This document shows positions 45,408 to 49,165 of a DNA stretch of 49,165 nt, piece by piece. The stretch lies in the IMG/VR virus record IMGVR_UViG_3300035183_000834, positions 1-49,165 of that record; one strand, 5' to 3'. The notes under the pieces were generated by a model. The model was not told the origin of the DNA, did no database searches, and saw nothing but the letters and a program-made list of their open reading frames with translations. This stretch comes from a virus. Its lineage: Duplodnaviria; Caudoviricetes. Positions within the stretch are counted from its first letter, which is position 1, and each line of letters begins with the position of its first letter. A program made the translations under genes and the position numbers.

Positions 45408-46418
45408 ATGGCGCTCAGCATTTTGTGGATCGACGGCTTCGACGAGATCGGCAGCACGGACCAGAAGTACTCCGCATCCGAGCGCTCTGGCAGCTGGAGT
45501 TCGGGTCCGAACTCGGCCTACGGTTACGGCAGATCGCTGCGGGTGCAGAACGGCTGGGTCGCGCCAACGCTTTCCGGCGCCCCGTTCACCGTGCTCTTCT
45601 CGGCATTCGACCTGATCCTGTACAACGACTATGACGTCACGCAGCTGCAGTTCGAGTTCTGGGACGAGTCTGCGGCGTCGGTGCAATGCTACTTGAAAAC
45701 CGCGTTGAACCAGACGACCTTGGGCTACGACCTGCAGCTGTACCGGGGTGCGGCGCTGCTCTACACCTGGACCGGCGTTCTGCAGCAGAATCTCTGGCAG
45801 CACGTCAGCTTGCGATGCAAGATCGATCCGACCTCCGGGAGCGTTACCCTTGCGGTGAACGGCGTCGACAAGGGCACATTCACCGGCAACACGCAGAACA
45901 CGGCCAACACCCGGGTGGACCGGTTCCGGGTGAACATGACGGCCAACAACGAACGGGTCAACATCGACAACTGGGTCATCGCCGCCGGACTCGCGACGGA
46001 TTCGCTGCTGCCGGTGGCCAGAGTTTACGGCGCTCTGATGCCGAACGCCAACGTCGCCGTGCAGTGGACGCCGAGCACGGGGCAGAACTGGCAAACGGTG
46101 GACGAGATCCCGCCAAGCGACACCGATTACAACAGCACGTCTACTTCCGGCAACCGGGACGTGTTCTCCCACGCAGCGCCGGCATCGGTGGGAGACACGG
46201 TTCTGGCGGTCAGGGTCAACGCCCGCGCGTATGCGGATGCGAGCGACCAGATCCAGAACCTGGTGCGGGTGTCGGGGACGGATTACTACGGCGCGGCGAA
46301 ATCGCCGACGGCGAGCTACTTCAGCTACGGCTACCTCTGGCAGAACAACCCGGCGACCAGTTCGCCGTGGACGCCGACCGAGGCGATCAATGCAGGATTC
46401 GGATACAGGAGGGTGTAA
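45408..46418 (+). CDS. Beta-sandwich (lectin/LamG-like) putative receptor-binding protein, paralog A
   Basis: ILWIDGFDEIG; WQHVSLRCKID..GSVTLAVNG..FTGNT. Confidence 0.65.
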   Translation: MALSILWIDGFDEIGSTDQKYSASERSGSWSSGPNSAYGYGRSLRVQNGWVAPTLSGAPFTVLFSAFDLILYNDYDVTQLQFEFWDESAASVQCYLKTALNQTTLGYDLQLYRGAALLYTWTGVLQQNLWQHVSLRCKIDPTSGSVTLAVNGVDKGTFTGNTQNTANTRVDRFRVNMTANNERVNIDNWVIAAGLATDSLLPVARVYGALMPNANVAVQWTPSTGQNWQTVDEIPPSDTDYNSTSTSGNRDVFSHAAPASVGDTVLAVRVNARAYADASDQIQNLVRVSGTDYYGAAKSPTASYFSYGYLWQNNPATSSPWTPTEAINAGFGYRRV

Positions 46419-47453
46419 ATGGCCTACACGATTCTCTGGATGGACGGGTTCGACGAGATCGGCGACGCCGCCAACAAATACACCGGGGCGGCGGAGATCA
46501 GCAGCACATCGCAGGGCACCAGCACCAATGCCCCGTTCTCCTATGGGAGATCCTTGAAGTTCAACAGCGCCTTGGAAGTGATTCTGCAGAAGGTCATTCC
46601 CGGCGCTCCATACACGGTCTTCTTCGTGGGTTTCCATTTCCTGATCAACACCACGGACACTTCGGAACGCAACTTTATCCAGTTTTTGGATGCACAGAAC
46701 AACGTCGTGCAGATCGAGCTGCGGAGGATCTGGGACAACGTGCTGCTGAAGCATGTCCTGCGCCTGTACCGCGGATCCACGCTGCTTGGAACCACCTCTG
46801 ACGGGATTCCCCAGAATACCTGGGTCTGGGTCAGCGTGAAGCATGTCTGCAGCCAGAGCACCGGATCGGTCGAGGTCAAGCTCAACAACGCAACCGTGCT
46901 CACCTACAGCGGCAACACCCAGAACGGAGCCGCCAATCAGGTGCATCGACCAGTGATCCGCACCGGAACTGGCATAACTGATTTCTACTGCGACAACCTG
47001 GTGATCGCCACCGGTCTTGCGTCGGATCCACCGCTGTCCGAGTGCCGGATCTTCGGCGCGGTGGTTCCCACGTCGAGCTTCAGCACCGTCTTCACCCCGA
47101 ACGCGGGAACGAACTGGTCCAACGTGAACGAGATCCCACCGAACGACGATTCCAGCTACAACTCCTCGAACACGGTTGGCGCTACCGATGTGTTTGTCTG
47201 CGCCCCGCCGACGCTTACCGGGGTGATTCCGGCGGTCAAGGTCAATTTCCGGGCGCGGAAGGACGACGCAGGAGTCAGGCAGCTTGCCCCGGTCATCCGG
47301 CCCGGAACGACGAATCAACAAGGAGCGAACATCGAGATCACCTCGAGCTACTTCAACCAGGGCTACATTTGGCCGACCAACCCGGATACCGGGATGGCGT
47401 GGAACCCGGGCGACATCGCGAATCTGAAATTCGGCTACAAGATCACGGCTTGA
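46419..47453 (+). CDS. Beta-sandwich putative receptor-binding protein, paralog B
   Basis: ILWMDGFDEIG; colinear similarity to 45408 over its full length. Confidence 0.65.
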   Translation: MAYTILWMDGFDEIGDAANKYTGAAEISSTSQGTSTNAPFSYGRSLKFNSALEVILQKVIPGAPYTVFFVGFHFLINTTDTSERNFIQFLDAQNNVVQIELRRIWDNVLLKHVLRLYRGSTLLGTTSDGIPQNTWVWVSVKHVCSQSTGSVEVKLNNATVLTYSGNTQNGAANQVHRPVIRTGTGITDFYCDNLVIATGLASDPPLSECRIFGAVVPTSSFSTVFTPNAGTNWSNVNEIPPNDDSSYNSSNTVGATDVFVCAPPTLTGVIPAVKVNFRARKDDAGVRQLAPVIRPGTTNQQGANIEITSSYFNQGYIWPTNPDTGMAWNPGDIANLKFGYKITA

Positions 47454-47454
47454 T

Positions 47455-48429
47455 ATGGCGGCACGCGTCAGCCAAACGAACAAGGAGATCGCGGGGACGT
47501 CGTCCTCGCCAACGGCCCGTGTCACGCAGGCCAGCGCCGAGATCCTGTCCACCGGAGCTGCGGCCAATGCCCTGGTAACCCAGGCGAATGCGGAGATCCT
47601 GTCCACCGGAGCTGCGGCCAACGCGCTTGTGACCCAGGCCAGCGCGGAGATTCTCAACACGCAGTCCAATTCCAACGCGTGGGTGACCCAGGCCAGCGTG
47701 GAGGTCCTGGTTTACGTCCACAGCTGGATGATCTACGGCATTGGGCCGATAGACGAGTCCAGCGTGCCTGCTCCCACAGTGCTTCTGACGCCGCCGCCTC
47801 CGCCTCCGGTTTTCTACTACTACCCGTCCGGCGGCGGAAAGGTGCTCAAGTACAAGCCGGAGAAATCGGCAATCGACGACCGGTTGCTCGAGCTGCAGCG
47901 GATGTGGGAGGACTACGCCCAGGCGGCTGTGGAAGAGAATCCGCCGGCTGGCGTCCGCGGCCTTGGTTCCGTGGGCCGGATCAGCAACGGCTTCCGGTGG
48001 CTGGAATTCGGACGCCAGCGGAGACCGTGGATGCGGCAGGGATCGATTGTGACGCCCGCGCCGGCCAACGGCGACACCGTGGTGTGCGAGTTCGAGGCGC
48101 CGGAAGGCTACTACGGCTGGCTGAGCGGTTTCTGGTGGGCCTACACGGGCGCCGGCTACATCGAGGGCAGCACGGACATCGAGTGGCGGATCCGGATTGG
48201 CGACCAGTACCCGGACGGGTACGGGCAGGTGCGGTTCCAGATGGGCACTCCGACAGATCCGCTCGCCATCACCGGCATGCTGCCGCTGCGATCCAGGCAG
48301 AAAGTGCAGCTGATCGTGTTCGTCAAGAACGACAGCGGCAACATCCAGGTTGGCAGCAGCAGAATTGTCGGCGGGCTGCAGGGATGGCTGTACGAGCCGG
48401 AGCGGGTCGGAGAAGGAATTCACTGGTGA
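47455..48429 (+). CDS. Protein with 18-aa N-terminal repeats and C-terminal domain paralogous to 44452
   Basis: A(R/L/W)VTQA(S/N)AEIL repeats, poly-Pro linker, RGLGS, YTGAGYIEGSTDIEWRIRIGD. Confidence 0.65.
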   Translation: MAARVSQTNKEIAGTSSSPTARVTQASAEILSTGAAANALVTQANAEILSTGAAANALVTQASAEILNTQSNSNAWVTQASVEVLVYVHSWMIYGIGPIDESSVPAPTVLLTPPPPPPVFYYYPSGGGKVLKYKPEKSAIDDRLLELQRMWEDYAQAAVEENPPAGVRGLGSVGRISNGFRWLEFGRQRRPWMRQGSIVTPAPANGDTVVCEFEAPEGYYGWLSGFWWAYTGAGYIEGSTDIEWRIRIGDQYPDGYGQVRFQMGTPTDPLAITGMLPLRSRQKVQLIVFVKNDSGNIQVGSSRIVGGLQGWLYEPERVGEGIHW

Positions 48430-48438
48430 GGTAAAGCA

Positions 48439-48840
48439 ATGGCAGGAAAGACCTACACGCATAGCGATGTGATCCTGAACCTCCTGAGGAACATCAACGC
48501 CTCGGGGTACGCCAACGTCTACATGGGGCTTCTCTCCACGGCCCCGGTCAACGACGGCGACCCCGGCACGGAACTCAGCGGAAACGGCTACGCGCGGCAG
48601 GTGATCACGTTCTCCGCGCCGGTTGCCGGAACAGGCGAGTCGAGGAAGATCGACAACAACGCGGACGTGGAGTTCGGCCCGGCCACGGCCAACTGGCCTA
48701 CTGTGGTGGCGGCAGCGCTTTACACGGCAGTCACTGGCGGAACCATGCTCTACTGGGGCAATCTGACAACGCCAAAGACCGTGCAGAGCGGGGACACGCT
48801 CCGGTTCACAGCGGGCAACGCAACGGTCAGCGAGGACTGA
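48439..48840 (+). CDS. Phage structural-type protein (fibre-associated family)
   Basis: VYMGL.TAP..D.G.ELSGNGYARQ.ITF..ATANW..TGGTML..G.L...K.V..GD pattern. Confidence 0.7.
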   Translation: MAGKTYTHSDVILNLLRNINASGYANVYMGLLSTAPVNDGDPGTELSGNGYARQVITFSAPVAGTGESRKIDNNADVEFGPATANWPTVVAAALYTAVTGGTMLYWGNLTTPKTVQSGDTLRFTAGNATVSED

Positions 48841-48843
48841 AGC

Positions 48844-49165
48844 ATGGCGATCACGAGTCTGGACGACTACATCGCCGCGGCCAAGCGGCGCATCACGTTC
48901 ATGAAGAGCGCGGCCAGAACCACCGTGGCCGGGACTCAGTTCAGCGTCTTCGACCTGGCGGGCAACCCTGGCGCGGGCACGCTGGCCATCGGCAACACAG
49001 CCAACGGCGTTGTCCACACGAGCGCCACCGCCGGATATCCGGCGATTCCGAACTCCGGCGGAACCCTTTACATCAGCATCCTGAGCCTCAGCTGGAGCGT
49101 GCAGGGGCGCATAATGCTGTACGACCGCCTGTTCGCCTGCGGGGCCTACGCGTACAACGCCGACG
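48844..49165 (+). CDS. 5' part of the junction-spanning structural gene (continues to 590)
   Basis: ATG 48844 after GAGG SD, open to the window end. Confidence 0.8.
   Translation, partial: MAITSLDDYIAAAKRRITFMKSAARTTVAGTQFSVFDLAGNPGAGTLAIGNTANGVVHTSATAGYPAIPNSGGTLYISILSLSWSVQGRIMLYDRLFACGAYAYNAD
49043..49165. repeat. Terminal direct repeat, right copy
   Basis: Identical to 1-123. Confidence 0.97.

Noticed and set aside
44996-48840. Evidence for a tailed phage from fibre-associated gene families
   Set aside because: Such beta-rich modules move between virus types, and no core head-tail genes were recognised

Overview
The window is an apparently complete circular dsDNA prokaryotic virus genome. 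Bases 1-123 are identical to 49043-49165, giving a 49,042-bp unit, and one gene runs across the junction. I recognise no terminase, portal, HK97 capsid, tape-measure or packaging-ATPase gene. Instead there is a cluster of predicted single-jelly-roll capsid-like proteins, about a dozen membrane-anchored proteins, Arg-rich core-like proteins and a transglutaminase-like Cys protease, consistent with a tailless, membrane-containing virion (inference). The replication module has a DinG-like helicase, PD-(D/E)xK nuclease, AAA ATPase, ERCC4 nuclease and a split family-A polymerase (UDG+exonuclease gene separate from the polymerase gene). There is also a SNF2 helicase, ParB-like protein, small tyrosine recombinase and HTH regulators. 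The main finding is a strong sigma70 promoter driving a structured ~300-nt leader and then five pseudoknotted type I hammerhead ribozymes (22334-23678), each between two genes. Self-cleavage should cut the transcript into 269-347-nt single-gene RNAs, possibly circularisable, and three stop codons are the UGA of the catalytic core. Other notable signals are a probable -1 frameshift adding a membrane anchor to the lysozyme-like protein, a candidate anti-Shine-Dalgarno sRNA, recurrent xLG and basic-NP motifs in virion proteins, and a Csx20-like gene. All assignments come from reading motifs by eye; no database searches or folding programs were run.
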